DNA of 64,000 bases from a virus, in the IMG/VR virus record IMGVR_UViG_3300013137_000010, positions 19,241 through 83,240 of that record, one strand, 5' to 3'. The translations under genes and the position numbers were made by a program. A model generated the notes under the pieces. It did not search any database and was not told the DNA's origin. It saw only the letters and a list, made by a program, of their open reading frames with translations. This document shows positions 29,990 through 40,392 of the stretch, piece after piece; the first letter of the stretch is position 1; each line of letters opens with the position of its first letter.

Positions 29990-30553
29990 ATGCCATTAGC
30001 ACATTTCACTGCCATTGATTCTCACAGAGAAAAATGGGAACCCATTCACAAGAATCTATACGAAGTTACGATTATTTTACCAACCGTACTTCAAACGATT
30101 CACCCAAATGCAACTCATTTATTGATGGAGAATACCAAATCGGCTAAGTTCCCAACTTATCCAGATTTACAATCTCAAACACAAAGATTTAAATACTCAA
30201 CTAGAGTATTCGTCATGATGCCTGCACAAACTCACGTTGATGATTTAACTATGACATTCAATCTCAACCAGAATGATGACTATCAAATTTTTTGCTTCAA
30301 AATGCTTAAAGATTGGTATGATTTAGGATGGAACAATGAAACAGGTACACTTCATTACAAGAAAAATTTAGTTGGTGATATTATCATACACCTACACGAC
30401 AAAGAAGGTAAAGTTATCCGTAGAGTTACTTACCATAATGCAATGCTAAGACAATTTACAGGGTTTGAAGAAGTCAACTGGGACGATTCAACAGCAATCT
30501 TCGATCTTTCTTGTACTTGGGTAGCAGACTACTGGGAAGATTTCTACTATTAG
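29990..30553 (+). CDS. Tail tube protein (gp19-like)
   Basis: 187 aa near the sheath gene; 'N.YEV...FN...DW...F/W.ADYW' pattern; late-type promoter. Confidence 0.8.
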   Translation: MPLAHFTAIDSHREKWEPIHKNLYEVTIILPTVLQTIHPNATHLLMENTKSAKFPTYPDLQSQTQRFKYSTRVFVMMPAQTHVDDLTMTFNLNQNDDYQIFCFKMLKDWYDLGWNNETGTLHYKKNLVGDIIIHLHDKEGKVIRRVTYHNAMLRQFTGFEEVNWDDSTAIFDLSCTWVADYWEDFYY

Positions 30554-30571
30554 GCTATAATGCTTATAATC

Positions 30572-30613
30572 AATAGATTACAAAAAAAGATACAAGAAAT
30601 TGTATCTTTTTTT
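30572..30613 (+). terminator. Intrinsic terminator after the tail tube gene
   Basis: AAAAAAAGATACAA-gaaa-TTGTATCTTTTTTT. Confidence 0.65.
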
Positions 30614-30666
30614 GTTTTTATGACTATTGGGAACGATAAATATTTATATATACAAATAAAAAGATT

Positions 30667-31368
30667 ATGGAAAAGCAATGTAGAATTTGTGGAAAAATTA
30701 AATATGTAAATGAATTTCACAAGAAGAAAGGAACATCTGATGGCTATAGAAATGAATGTAAAGAGTGTGTGAAAGATATCCAAAAAAAATATAAGGAAGC
30801 ACCTGGATTTAAAGAAAAACAAAAAGAATATGATAAGAAAAGATATGATGAAAATAGAGAAAGTGTTTTAGAAAGAAAAAAAGAGTATCATAAAGAAAAT
30901 AGAGAAAAAATATTAGTTCAAAAGAAGCAATATAGAAATGATCCTGATAATAAAGAAAGAATTAAGGAATATTTAAATGAATATAGGATTAATAATAAAG
31001 AAGAGTTGAAAGAGTGGAGAAAAAATAATCGACATATTTTAGCAAAGAACCAAGAAAATTATAGATTAAATAATCCTCATATAATCGCTTGGCGTTCTGT
31101 TTTATATTCAACTCTTAAACGACTTGATACTAAAAAACAAGGACATACCATAGATATGTTAGGTTATTCTGCATTAGAATTAAAGCATTATATTGAGAAA
31201 CAATTCACAGAGGGTATGACTTGGAAGAATCATGGTGAGTGGCATATTGACCATATACGTCCTGTAACTAAGTTTGCAACAACTGAAGATGTTAAAATTG
31301 TATGTGCTTTGGAGAATTTACAACCTTTGTGGGCGGATGAAAATTTACATAAAAATAATAAATTTTAA
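30667..31368 (+). CDS. HNH homing endonuclease
   Basis: CxxC...CKEC N-terminus; 'WHIDHIRP...NLQPLWADEN..K'. Confidence 0.85.
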   Translation: MEKQCRICGKIKYVNEFHKKKGTSDGYRNECKECVKDIQKKYKEAPGFKEKQKEYDKKRYDENRESVLERKKEYHKENREKILVQKKQYRNDPDNKERIKEYLNEYRINNKEELKEWRKNNRHILAKNQENYRLNNPHIIAWRSVLYSTLKRLDTKKQGHTIDMLGYSALELKHYIEKQFTEGMTWKNHGEWHIDHIRPVTKFATTEDVKIVCALENLQPLWADENLHKNNKF

Positions 31369-32003
31369 TAAACTCTAATTTCTGATATTAGAATATCTAA
31401 GGTATTGGGATACTTAATTTTCTCATTAATCCATGCTGAATAAAATGTTATATAAGCTGGTCCTGGTTTAAACCAGGAAATATCTATCATTGGATTACCT
31501 GTAGGTGGTATTCCCCCATAAAATTTAAGTATTCTTCCGTTTTTTATTTCAAACTTATAACTATTCGGATCTGTGATATATTTAGGTGAATGTCCAATTT
31601 GCTCGTATTGTGGTATTATTGTATATGTTTCTATAGTTGGCGTGTAGAGACCTCTGAATTCATTTATTTTTGGATTTTTATTTCCTAATATTTTCCATTG
31701 TGGACCGTGTTGATAATATAAATTATAATATTCTTTTTCGTCATCCGCATTTAATGTAAGGATACTAGAATTTATTGGTTCTATTTTTGTTGATACTTTT
31801 GGCATTAGTTGGCATACTATACTTGGTGAACCTTGTCCTGATATAATATGAAAAGGTGGTTCTACTGTCCATAGATATGAATTCTTTTTTGCACCCTCAT
31901 AATGTAATTTATAAAGAATTTGTGGTTGTGAATAGCCAGGTGGTTTATTTGGATAGGAATGCTCTAGTGTCGTGTTGGATATAAAATTTTCAGATATAAT
32001 CAT
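31365..32003 (-). CDS. Hypothetical protein
   Basis: 212-aa ORF. Confidence 0.6.
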   Translation of the reverse strand: MIISENFISNTTLEHSYPNKPPGYSQPQILYKLHYEGAKKNSYLWTVEPPFHIISGQGSPSIVCQLMPKVSTKIEPINSSILTLNADDEKEYYNLYYQHGPQWKILGNKNPKINEFRGLYTPTIETYTIIPQYEQIGHSPKYITDPNSYKFEIKNGRILKFYGGIPPTGNPMIDISWFKPGPAYITFYSAWINEKIKYPNTLDILISEIRVY

Positions 32004-32097
32004 TTTAGCACATTTTCTTTTATATATTAATTAATTAATCTAATTTTTTTAAGGGGACGGGATTGTTTTAATATATAAATAAAAATAATATTTTAAT

Positions 32098-33057
32098 ATG
32101 AGTGATAATTTTAAAAATAAAAAAGAAGAAGATGCACTAAATTACTTAGAAAAAAATTTTGTTGGTGGTGAGCAAGATAATTCTATTGAGTCGGTTAAGA
32201 AAGTAGATTTATCTTATTTTGATAGTGTACCTTCTAATGAATATATTGCTATACCGTTGGATGTTTTACCGTGTGGTACATTTTATAAACAAGGAACAAA
32301 GATTAGTATTAGAGCCGCTAGAGTTCAAGAAGTTCAGGCTTATTCTGTTGTTGATGATAATAATTATCTAGATATAACTGAGAAGATGAATGGTATTTTG
32401 GCTTCTTGTATAAAATATTATTATCCTAATGGTATGCAAGGATCTTATAAAGATATTAAAGATGGTGATAGATTATTTTTAATTTTTATGATTAGAGAAT
32501 TAACTTTTCCTGGTGGTAAAAATTTATCGAAAGAAGTAACTTGTGGTAACTGTGGTAATGAATTTAAGATGGAATTAAGAGCCACTGGAACTGAAGCAAA
32601 TGGTAAAACTTTTGTTAATTATGAGATGCCAGAGAAACTTTTTAAATTTTTTGATCCTACTGAAAGAGTTTTTTCTTTTAATATAGAAGGTGCAGATTAT
32701 AAATTAGCACCTCCTACTATAGGTATACAGGAGATATTTTTCGGTGATATTAAGAATAAGATTCAGGTTGATAAAAATCCTAATGTTGCATTTTTAAAAG
32801 TTGCTTCATTTATGCTACATGATAGAAATAGAATCACCGAAGATGGTATTAAAGTTAAGGAGCAAGAATTTAAAAAATTGAGTATGTCAACTTTTCAAAT
32901 TTTGAATAGTGCTGTAAATCAGATGGTTTTTGGTATAAAGGAACTTAAGTGTAACTGTCCATCGTGTGGAGTGGAGGTCCGCACTGATATGTCCTTTCCC
33001 ACAGGAGCCTCAAATATTTTCGTTATTCCAGATGCCTTTGACGAATATTTTGGATAA
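32098..33057 (+). CDS. Baseplate hub assembly protein (T4 gp26-like)
   Basis: 'LPCGTFY', 'GDRLFLIFMIRE', CxxC pairs; near the tail tube gene. Confidence 0.65.
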   Translation: MSDNFKNKKEEDALNYLEKNFVGGEQDNSIESVKKVDLSYFDSVPSNEYIAIPLDVLPCGTFYKQGTKISIRAARVQEVQAYSVVDDNNYLDITEKMNGILASCIKYYYPNGMQGSYKDIKDGDRLFLIFMIRELTFPGGKNLSKEVTCGNCGNEFKMELRATGTEANGKTFVNYEMPEKLFKFFDPTERVFSFNIEGADYKLAPPTIGIQEIFFGDIKNKIQVDKNPNVAFLKVASFMLHDRNRITEDGIKVKEQEFKKLSMSTFQILNSAVNQMVFGIKELKCNCPSCGVEVRTDMSFPTGASNIFVIPDAFDEYFG

Positions 33058-33280
33058 TAAATTTGGATTCATGGATATTGATCATATTCCACCTAGATAT
33101 ATGAATGAATTGGCTTGGTGGGAATTTGAGGAATATGTTAAAAGACTGAATGATAGAATAGAAAGAGAAAATAAAGCGCATAAGGATTCTGAGAAAAATC
33201 AACCTAAGATACCTGATTATTCAAACAAAATACCGAATGTTGGTTCAATGATGAGCAATTTAGGAAAATATAAACCATAA
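33032..33280 (+). CDS. Baseplate hub assembly catalyst (gp51-like)
   Basis: Probable start MPLTNILD at 33032; 'MNELAWWEFEEYV' resembles the gp51-like family; overlaps the gp26-like stop. Confidence 0.55.
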   Translation: MPLTNILDNKFGFMDIDHIPPRYMNELAWWEFEEYVKRLNDRIERENKAHKDSEKNQPKIPDYSNKIPNVGSMMSNLGKYKP

Positions 33281-33287
33281 TCTTCAG

Positions 33288-33314
33288 AAAAGTTCACAAA
33301 ATGTGAACTTTTTT
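33288..33314 (+). terminator. Intrinsic terminator
   Basis: AAAAGTTCACA-aaa-TGTGAACTTTTTT. Confidence 0.7.
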
Positions 33315-33355
33315 GATTTTAAAATTAAATATATAAGAAAAAATAATTTAACACT

Positions 33356-33562
33356 ATGAAAAATATTAAGTCTTATAATGAATTTAATCAAACACCTGTA
33401 AATGAATCTTTTACAATAACATTAGATCAATTACCAAGCATTGGTGATATAGTAGATAAGGTAAGTTGGAGAGAGGGTGAGAAGATTGCGTTTATAGATT
33501 TTAAGGGAATTAAAAATATACCTGTTCAAATTACAAAAAAAGAATCAAGTTCAGAAATTTAA
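33356..33562 (+). CDS. Small hypothetical protein
   Basis: 68 aa; MKNIKSYNEF N-terminus. Confidence 0.6.
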   Translation: MKNIKSYNEFNQTPVNESFTITLDQLPSIGDIVDKVSWREGEKIAFIDFKGIKNIPVQITKKESSSEI

Positions 33563-33583
33563 GATTTAGAGACCGCCTAATTT

Positions 33584-34051
33584 ATGATTAGTTTTTATGA
33601 ATATATAATGGAAGCTGTAAGTCATCATAGACTTTCAGGTGTCGTACTTATTTATAATAATAAGATTTTATTGGTTAGACCTAAGAAATTTAGAAGAAAT
33701 ATGAGAAAATGGTCTATACCAAAGGGTCATATTGAGGCAAAGATGAATAAAATGGAAACTGCTCTAAAAGAATTAAGAGAAGAATCTAGAATAAAATTAA
33801 ATAAACAAAAACTAAAAAAGTCTGAAAAAATTACAATTAAATATTTTAAAGCTGGTTACAATAAAGAATTAACATGTTATGTTGTTAAAGTTGAAAGGTA
33901 TGAAATTAACGTTAGATTATTTAATGATATGATATTAAGTAATTTTTTAAAAGGTGAGACTGTGGAGGCTGGTTTTTTTAATAAAAATGATGCAAAAAGA
34001 ATTATAGAAAGACATCAATTACAATTATTGAATTTTTTAGATTATGAATAA
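33584..34051 (+). CDS. NUDIX hydrolase
   Basis: 'WSIPKGHIE...ALKELREES' Nudix box. Confidence 0.85.
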   Translation: MISFYEYIMEAVSHHRLSGVVLIYNNKILLVRPKKFRRNMRKWSIPKGHIEAKMNKMETALKELREESRIKLNKQKLKKSEKITIKYFKAGYNKELTCYVVKVERYEINVRLFNDMILSNFLKGETVEAGFFNKNDAKRIIERHQLQLLNFLDYE

Positions 34052-34922
34052 AGAAATTGCTTTTTTTGATTTGGATAATACTCTTTGGTTTATAAAGAGT
34101 GATATTTGGGTAATTGATAAGAATGATCCATCTAAACCGATTTTAAAAATTTCACCTATTGAATTTGCTCTTATTAAAAGTGGAATTTATGTTAAGGATG
34201 ATATTTTAATTGAATTCAATGGTGATAGTTTTTATATTTCTAAAGATATGGTTGAAAGAATTCAAAGAAAGAAAAATATTAGATTGGGTAATATTGGTAT
34301 TTCTTATGCTGAATTTTTTGATGAAGATATACTCAATAAGAAAGAGGTTCAATTGTTGCTTAATAATATTAGGCATTTAATAGGTAAAAATATTGAAATT
34401 GGTGTTTTAACTGCTAGAAGTGATAGAAAAAAGCATGCAAATTTACTTAATAAATTGAGATTAAAATTAAAAGAATATGGTTTCGAAATAAACAAGATAT
34501 ATTTTGTTTCTGAATCAATTAAATTGGTCGGACATTTAGATAAAGTTTTTTATGATAAAAATAAAATTCTATTAGAACATTTAGTTGGTTTAACAATTGA
34601 AAAAGATAGATTTGTACCCATTAAAAAAGAAGCATATAATACTGTTTATTTTTACGATGATATTAAATCAAATATAGTAAATGCTAATAATTTACAAGAG
34701 TATTTTGATATTTTAGTTAGGAATAGTGATGATGAGTGTCAGGAATATATAAATAATAGATTGGAAAATAACAAATTAATCTTGACTACCAATTTAATTA
34801 CTAATAATGAAGAAAATCCATTTGAAATAGAAACCATAGAATTAAAATTTCCTATTAAATTTCCTCTTAAAGTTTCAGATAATAAACTTACTATTAAATT
34901 TCAAGATTTCAAAAATAAATAA
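34044..34922 (+). CDS. HAD-superfamily protein
   Basis: 'FFDLDNTL', 'LTAR', 'FYDD'. Confidence 0.7.
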   Translation: MNKEIAFFDLDNTLWFIKSDIWVIDKNDPSKPILKISPIEFALIKSGIYVKDDILIEFNGDSFYISKDMVERIQRKKNIRLGNIGISYAEFFDEDILNKKEVQLLLNNIRHLIGKNIEIGVLTARSDRKKHANLLNKLRLKLKEYGFEINKIYFVSESIKLVGHLDKVFYDKNKILLEHLVGLTIEKDRFVPIKKEAYNTVYFYDDIKSNIVNANNLQEYFDILVRNSDDECQEYINNRLENNKLILTTNLITNNEENPFEIETIELKFPIKFPLKVSDNKLTIKFQDFKNK

Positions 34923-34923
34923 C

Positions 34924-36576
34924 TTATGGTGATGGTGTAGTTGTTGTAGTAGTTGTTCCACAAGCAAGAACACAACTAACATAACCAGTTAATAATGTAT
35001 GCTCTGGATAAGCTCCAGATGTTGTTGGACCTTGAATTTGTAATGCAACAGAGCCAGATAGATAATATTTACCATAATCACCAGGTGCCACATAATCTAA
35101 TGTTTTTATATCATAAGTGCTATTCAATGTACATCCTGGACAACTAAATTCTTTAACAGTATAATAATTATAAGGATCTGGTGCTGGTGTAGTAGTTGGT
35201 AATGATGTTGTTGGTGAAAATATGGTTGTAGTTGTTGTTGTTTCACCACCGTCTGTAGTAGTTGTTGTAGTTTCGGATGATCCTGTTGTTGTGGTTGTTG
35301 TCTCTGATGAACTTCCGGATGGACTAACACCGCTACTTCCGCTTGCTCCGCTTGTTCCACTTGTGCCAGGTTTTCCACTAGAACCGCTAGTACCACTAGT
35401 TCCAGATGCGCCTTTTTCTGGCATAGGTCTTATTTTAATTCTGACTGTTCCTTCTTTAACCTCGCCAGTAGTTTTATCTGTAACTTTAGCCGTATAGATT
35501 GTTGTTTTTTCAGGAGCTATACTAACATTTCTATCTGTTCCGATTACATTACCTTGATCATCAGTCCATTGATAATCATAATCCCAACTTCCACCACTTG
35601 GATATGCATCTAATTTTGTAGATTCACCTGGTTCTAAATTCGTATCACTTGCTCTTGGATCTACTTCTAGCTTCTGTTCATCTTTTTTCTTCATTAATTT
35701 TTTGAATGCTTCAACTACTTTATTTAATAATCCTAATATTGAAGTTAAAGAACCTATTATACCTAAAATTACAGTTATTACAGCGATAATTTGAGAAATT
35801 ATTGCTTGAGCTTGTTTTGAAAGTACTATACCTAATTTTTTTAATACACTTAAAAATGGTAATAATTCTGCTACCTTTTCTTGAAGTGCTTTAATAGTTC
35901 TAAATACTGTTTGAACAGCGGTTAATGCTGTCGGTACACCTGAACCTGGTGGTATTATGATTATTGAAGAAATTAGAGATAATAATGCAAGTACAATTTG
36001 AATAATAGCTTCAGGTAAAGCAAGTATGAATTCTGCAATTTTAATTGCCAATTGCTTTAAATCTTCCTTTAATCCTTTGACCAAATCTTTTGCATCTTTA
36101 AACATAGGATGCTTAGTATCCATAGGTGGCATATAATCTTCTTCACCAGGATGAGCAACACATTCTATATTACTATCATCATAATTTGCATTCTTATACC
36201 ATACCCATGCGGATCCTTCATAATCTTTGTCGTATAGCTTACCATCTTTATAAAAAACTTTACCATATACAATTAATTGTGCTCTTTCTTCATCAATCGG
36301 TTCTGCACCTGGAAACCAACCAGGATTGAATTTACTGCCTTGAATAATTAACATTTTTTTAGAGATCTGTCTAGGTGATAATAAAAATTTATCTTGGATT
36401 AATTTCCAAATCATATTTGCTACATCTTTAATTCCAGGTAGACCTATTTCTTGTAGTTTATTTATTTTATCTTTAGCATCATCAATAATTTTTTCAAAAT
36501 CATCCACATTGGGACTATTAAAATTTTCCTTGTCCAAAGGATTAGGAATTAATTGTTTTAAAAATTCGATTGGCAT
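34924..36576 (-). CDS. Hypothetical protein with hydrophobic helices, an Ig/PKD-like domain and an S/G/T-rich tail
   Basis: Likely start MPIEFLK at 36576; 'SGGSWDYDYQW...TTIYT.KVTD'; GTSG and poly-T repeats. Confidence 0.65.
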   Translation of the reverse strand: MPIEFLKQLIPNPLDKENFNSPNVDDFEKIIDDAKDKINKLQEIGLPGIKDVANMIWKLIQDKFLLSPRQISKKMLIIQGSKFNPGWFPGAEPIDEERAQLIVYGKVFYKDGKLYDKDYEGSAWVWYKNANYDDSNIECVAHPGEEDYMPPMDTKHPMFKDAKDLVKGLKEDLKQLAIKIAEFILALPEAIIQIVLALLSLISSIIIIPPGSGVPTALTAVQTVFRTIKALQEKVAELLPFLSVLKKLGIVLSKQAQAIISQIIAVITVILGIIGSLTSILGLLNKVVEAFKKLMKKKDEQKLEVDPRASDTNLEPGESTKLDAYPSGGSWDYDYQWTDDQGNVIGTDRNVSIAPEKTTIYTAKVTDKTTGEVKEGTVRIKIRPMPEKGASGTSGTSGSSGKPGTSGTSGASGSSGVSPSGSSSETTTTTTGSSETTTTTTDGGETTTTTTIFSPTTSLPTTTPAPDPYNYYTVKEFSCPGCTLNSTYDIKTLDYVAPGDYGKYYLSGSVALQIQGPTTSGAYPEHTLLTGYVSCVLACGTTTTTTTPSP

Positions 36577-36664
36577 TGATAAAAATATTTTATGATATAT
36601 ATTAAATTCTTTATTCTCAAAATGATTTTGAAAAATTAATATATAAAAAAAAATATTTAAACAA

Positions 36665-37696
36665 ATGAAGAATTTATATACAAGAAATGAGTTCAAAAAT
36701 CTTGAAAATTTAGATAAATTAAATGAAGGATTATTTCAATTCATGGGAAATATTTTTAAGAAAATCAATGCCGTCATTAATAAGGTTAAGGGTGCCAAAG
36801 AGGTTGATGTAATTTTCAAAGAATATCAAACAATTATAGATAACGAATTTAAGAAAAAATTTAATATTGATTTAGGTATAACAGCCGAAGAACAATTACA
36901 AGATATGAAAGATTCTGGAAAAAATCCAGTAAAGGAAGCTGTTGATACAGAACAAAAACAAACTACTCAACCTGATCAAACTGATAATACAGAAGAACAA
37001 GAAAAAAATACTAAATTATCATTAAAAACATTAAAAGAGAAACAGAAATTAATTCAAAATCTTATTAATCAATATCGAGATAAGGCTTTACTTAAAATGG
37101 ATAGAGTTTTACAAAAAATGGGAGGAAAAGAAAAAAATCCTAAATTGGCCTTGTATATAGAAACTAAAAAAGATGAATTTAGATTAATGTTTTTGAATGC
37201 TGAAATTTCTGCCCTTGAAAAAGGTGGTGATAAAACCACTGCATCTAAACTTGCGATAGAAAGAAATAAATTAGCTAAAGAAATAAATGCAAGACTTGAT
37301 AATATAGTAAAGAATAAGGATGTTGAGATAAATGTAGGTGGTAATTTATTTAGAGTTGGCGTTCCATATAGATACAAAAAGAAAGATGGTAGTATTGCAA
37401 TTATTAAAATTTCAGATAAAGCTAAAGATCCAGATGAAGTTATTGCTAGATATATTTCAGATGAAATGGGTAAGACTGAACTTCAGCCATTTAGAGCTGA
37501 AAATATAGATAAGGACTTTACTCCGGAGAAAGGTAAAGATTACAATTTTTATAATTCGAAAGGTGAGATAATTAAAGTAAAAGTAAAATCAGATAAACCA
37601 AACGATAAAGGACTAGTAACTGTTATTGGACCTAAAGGTGGAGGCGGATTTATGATTAATAAAAATACTTTAATGGATATAACTGAAGGTGCTTAA
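36665..37696 (+). CDS. Hypothetical (possibly virion-internal) protein
   Basis: 343 aa; late-type promoter at ~36638. Confidence 0.7.
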   Translation: MKNLYTRNEFKNLENLDKLNEGLFQFMGNIFKKINAVINKVKGAKEVDVIFKEYQTIIDNEFKKKFNIDLGITAEEQLQDMKDSGKNPVKEAVDTEQKQTTQPDQTDNTEEQEKNTKLSLKTLKEKQKLIQNLINQYRDKALLKMDRVLQKMGGKEKNPKLALYIETKKDEFRLMFLNAEISALEKGGDKTTASKLAIERNKLAKEINARLDNIVKNKDVEINVGGNLFRVGVPYRYKKKDGSIAIIKISDKAKDPDEVIARYISDEMGKTELQPFRAENIDKDFTPEKGKDYNFYNSKGEIIKVKVKSDKPNDKGLVTVIGPKGGGGFMINKNTLMDITEGA

Positions 37697-38533
37697 ATGA
37701 ATAATATAATTTCATATTACAATTTTTTAAATGAAGAATTATCTTCTGTGTCAAAGTTTTTAAAGACTTATTATAAAAACATTTTCAAAGAACCTAATCA
37801 ATCATTACATAATTTATTTGTTGATTTTACTAAAAAAGTAGATACAGATAAAAATGTTTCTAATCTATATCAAAGATATATCAAAGCTAATCAAACTAAT
37901 ATTCAAAATGAGATTAATCAAGCAGAATCTATTGATGCTGTTAATAAAATTGTTACAGATTCTTTAAAATATTTCTATTATTCTCTAAAACCGATAGTAA
38001 ATAAATTACAAAATGATGAATTTACTATGGATGAAATATTTAGTAGAGCAAGAGATAAAAGATTGAAAGTTTTAATGACATATCCAGAAGATCAATTTGC
38101 AAATGCCGCACCGGAGTATATTGGACAGGTTGCTGTACCACAAATAAAAGAATTATCTGGTCTGGATAAAGAAAAAGAAAACGAACCAGCTCAAACAGAG
38201 AATACAACTGAAAGAATAAAGTATAATATACAAAAGATATTAGAAGCTGATAATCCAAATGAACAGGCCGATTTAGTCGCATATAAAAAGGCAGCTACTA
38301 ATTGGATTAATACGACCTTATTTGATTTACTAAAACCTAAAATGCAATTATTAAATCAATTAGGTGCAAATACATCTAATGCAGTTGATCAAATATCGGA
38401 TCAGATAAAAGGCTCAGCTAATGATAATGCAAAAAAAATGATTCTTAATAAGATAATTAACATGAACGCAAAAGAATTACAAAATTTAGCTAAAACACTG
38501 GGCCTGTCTGAGGACGAAACGGGAAGAATATAA
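37697..38533 (+). CDS. Hypothetical (possibly virion-internal) protein
   Basis: 278 aa; abuts the previous gene. Confidence 0.7.
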   Translation: MNNIISYYNFLNEELSSVSKFLKTYYKNIFKEPNQSLHNLFVDFTKKVDTDKNVSNLYQRYIKANQTNIQNEINQAESIDAVNKIVTDSLKYFYYSLKPIVNKLQNDEFTMDEIFSRARDKRLKVLMTYPEDQFANAAPEYIGQVAVPQIKELSGLDKEKENEPAQTENTTERIKYNIQKILEADNPNEQADLVAYKKAATNWINTTLFDLLKPKMQLLNQLGANTSNAVDQISDQIKGSANDNAKKMILNKIINMNAKELQNLAKTLGLSEDETGRI

Positions 38534-38995
38534 ATGATGACGGAAAAAATTATACAAAAAATTATAAAATCAATAGGATCCACTGGTTCGTTGATAATTC
38601 ATTCTATAATATTTATTATAGCCTTTTTTCTATACTTTTCAGAAATATTTGATAAAAATACAATATTGCTAATCTTAACAACGATCGTATCATTAGAAGC
38701 AATTTATCTATCTATACTTATTCAAATGAGTGTAAATTTTCAATCCAAAAAATTTGAAGAAATTAAAAAAGATGTAGAAGATATACAAGAGAATGTTGAG
38801 GATATTCAAAAAGATGTTGAGGATATACAAGAGAATGTTGAGGATATACAAGAGAATGTTGAAGAAATCCAAGAAAATGTGGCGGAAGAAGATGAAGAGG
38901 ATGATGAGTATGAATCAGCATTAACAGAAGTTAGAGAAACGCTTAAAAAACTTTTGTTAAATTTCGATGAATTAAAAAACAAAAAGAAGAAATGA
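38534..38995 (+). CDS. DUF1003-like membrane protein with heptad repeats
   Basis: 'ILTTIVSLEAIYLSILIQMSVN'; (D/N)VEDIQ(E/K) repeated ~5 times. Confidence 0.7.
   Translation: MMTEKIIQKIIKSIGSTGSLIIHSIIFIIAFFLYFSEIFDKNTILLILTTIVSLEAIYLSILIQMSVNFQSKKFEEIKKDVEDIQENVEDIQKDVEDIQENVEDIQENVEEIQENVAEEDEEDDEYESALTEVRETLKKLLLNFDELKNKKKK
38771..38880 (+). repeat. About five 21-bp coding tandem repeats
   Basis: AATGTTGAGGATATACAAGAG-like units. Confidence 0.75.
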
Positions 38996-39255
38996 AATAC
39001 TTAAATAAAATAAATGAGACAATAGAAAATAAAAAACTCGTAATAATTTCTGGAGATGATTGGGAAGGTATTTATATTGATGGTAAATTAATTGATGAAG
39101 GACATAGTATAGACTGGAGATTTGTATTAAAAGTATTGGGTTATAATATTAGTGGTACTTACATAGAGGATGAAGAATTTTGGGAGATTGGTAATTTACC
39201 AGATAAATTAGAAGATTTAGAAGTAATATTAAATTCTAAAAAATATAATTTATAA
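38992..39255 (+). CDS. Hypothetical protein
   Basis: 87 aa. Confidence 0.6.
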   Translation: MKYLNKINETIENKKLVIISGDDWEGIYIDGKLIDEGHSIDWRFVLKVLGYNISGTYIEDEEFWEIGNLPDKLEDLEVILNSKKYNL

Positions 39256-39470
39256 AAACACCGCAAAAAATAAACTTTTTTTATAAATTTGCGTATAAAA
39301 TAGAAATTAGAAAAAAACGACATTTTTTGAGTAATATATAAGAAAAGAAAAAAATTATAAAAATTATAAAAAAATTACATTTTTAGTTTTTTATTTCGGA
39401 AAATATTTTTATCTTTGTAAAAGATTAAAGATGATAAAACAGAAACAAAAATTTTTAATATATAAGTAAT

Positions 39471-39566
39471 ATGAAAAACTTTAGGAAAAATACAGCAGTA
39501 GCCACGACAACCCCCGTAACAGGAGGCAGACCAGTCGGATTATGCTCGGGCGTATACCTAAAGTGA
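39471..39566 (+). CDS. Putative attenuator leader peptide MKNFRKNTAVATTTPVTGGRPVGLCSGVYLK
   Basis: 31 codons; GC-rich relative to the genome; follows a TATCTTTG promoter (39410) and overlaps the antiterminator 5' strand. Confidence 0.75.
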   Translation: MKNFRKNTAVATTTPVTGGRPVGLCSGVYLK

Positions 39567-39629
39567 AGTATGTTTTATAGATTATAGGTAGAAACCCGAG
39601 GGCGCTAAGCGACTTCGGGTTTTGTTTTT
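39545..39629 (+). promoter_or_regulatory. Antiterminator/terminator pair upstream of the tRNA array
   Basis: CTCGGG(39545-50) pairs with CCCGAG(39595-600) and TACCTA(39555-60) with TAGGTA(39585-90); this competes with terminator AAACCCGAGG(39592-601)/CTTCGGGTTT(39613-22) plus U-tract. Confidence 0.8.
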
Positions 39630-39655
39630 AATAGTGTGTTCTTTGTAGAAAATAT

Positions 39656-39730
39656 CTAGGTGCGATCCATGTGGTGTGGTTACCCGGCTTGGAACCGGGG
39701 TTATTGGAGGTTCGACTCCTCTCACTTAGA
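39656..39730 (+). tRNA. tRNA-Pro(UGG), atypical D arm
   Basis: Acceptor CTAGGTG/CACTTAG; CCCGG-CTTGGAA-CCGGG; GGAGG-TTCGACT-CCTCT. Confidence 0.75.
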
Positions 39731-39735
39731 CAACT

Positions 39736-39812
39736 GGTCCTGTAATGGCGGAGTCTTCTAAACTCTATGTGCATAATGGATGAAAATGAGAGTTCGAATC
39801 TCTCCTGGATCA
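39736..39812 (+). tRNA. D-arm-less tRNA-Arg(UCU)-like RNA
   Basis: Acceptor GGTCCTG/CTGGATC; GGAGT-CTTCTAA-ACTCT; GAGAG-TTCGAAT-CTCTC; only 7 nt between acceptor and anticodon stems. Confidence 0.65.
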
Positions 39813-39818
39813 CAAATT

Positions 39819-39898
39819 GGCCCTGTAATGGCGGAGTTTCCTAAACTCTATGTGCATAATTGGAATGAAAAATGAGAGTTCGAATCTCTTCTGGGTCA
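39819..39898 (+). tRNA. D-arm-less tRNA-Arg(CCU)-like RNA
   Basis: Paralogue of the previous RNA; loop TTCCTAA. Confidence 0.65.
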
Positions 39899-39912
39899 CA
39901 AAAATAAAGATT

Positions 39913-40134
39913 ATGAAAACAAAAAAAGTAGCAGTAAAAAAAGTAGAATCAAAAGTTTTAGCAGTAGAAATATTCTGTGAAAACTTAGAGAAAAATGTGA
40001 CTGTGGATATATCTAAGTTATATTTTTTGGGTAGTGAAAGTGAGTGTGAATTGTGTGGTTCACACGGTTCTGTGAATGTTTCAGTAAATTGTGAGTGTGG
40101 TAAAAATCACAGTATTGAATTGAGTAGTTGGTAA
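39913..40134 (+). CDS. Small Cys-rich hypothetical protein inside the tRNA array
   Basis: Likely start MKTKKVAVKK at 39913; CELC and CECG motifs. Confidence 0.6.
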   Translation: MKTKKVAVKKVESKVLAVEIFCENLEKNVTVDISKLYFLGSESECELCGSHGSVNVSVNCECGKNHSIELSSW

Positions 40135-40166
40135 GAGTAGTTGTTCTTTGACATGTTGGAAAATTA

Positions 40167-40239
40167 GGGGGCGCATGTACCAAGGCTGGCGAGAGACATT
40201 TGCAATGTTTCTGGGAGATTTCGATTATATTCGTCTCCA
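40167..40239 (+). tRNA. tRNA-Ala(UGC), weak T stem
   Basis: GGGGGCG/CGTCTCC with G3.U70; AGACA-TTTGCAA-TGTTT. Confidence 0.7.
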
Positions 40240-40318
40240 CTATTTTATTATAGGGTAAATATTATGATACTGAAATAAAAATATTTATAGATTTAAATGA
40301 ATTAAAAGAAATTTATAT

Positions 40319-40392
40319 GGGTTGTGTAGTGTAACCTGCTTAGCACGAAACACTTGCAATGTTTAAGAGGAGTTGAAATCTCACACGATCCA
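40319..40392 (+). tRNA. tRNA-Ala(UGC), 8/4-type fold
   Basis: GGGTTGTG/CACGATCC with G3.U70; AAACA-CTTGCAA-TGTTT. Confidence 0.7.

Noticed and set aside
32966-33280. Programmed frameshift joining the gp26-like gene and the next ORF (tail chaperone G/GT style)
   Set aside because: No clear slippery heptamer, and an ATG at 33032 gives a plausible separate gp51-like protein
39736-39898. Tandem ~80-bp repeats read as a CRISPR array or as suppressor tRNAs (CTA appears in the loops)
   Set aside because: No spacers or cas genes; the 7-nt loops CTTCTAA and TTCCTAA centre on TCT and CCT (Arg), not CTA
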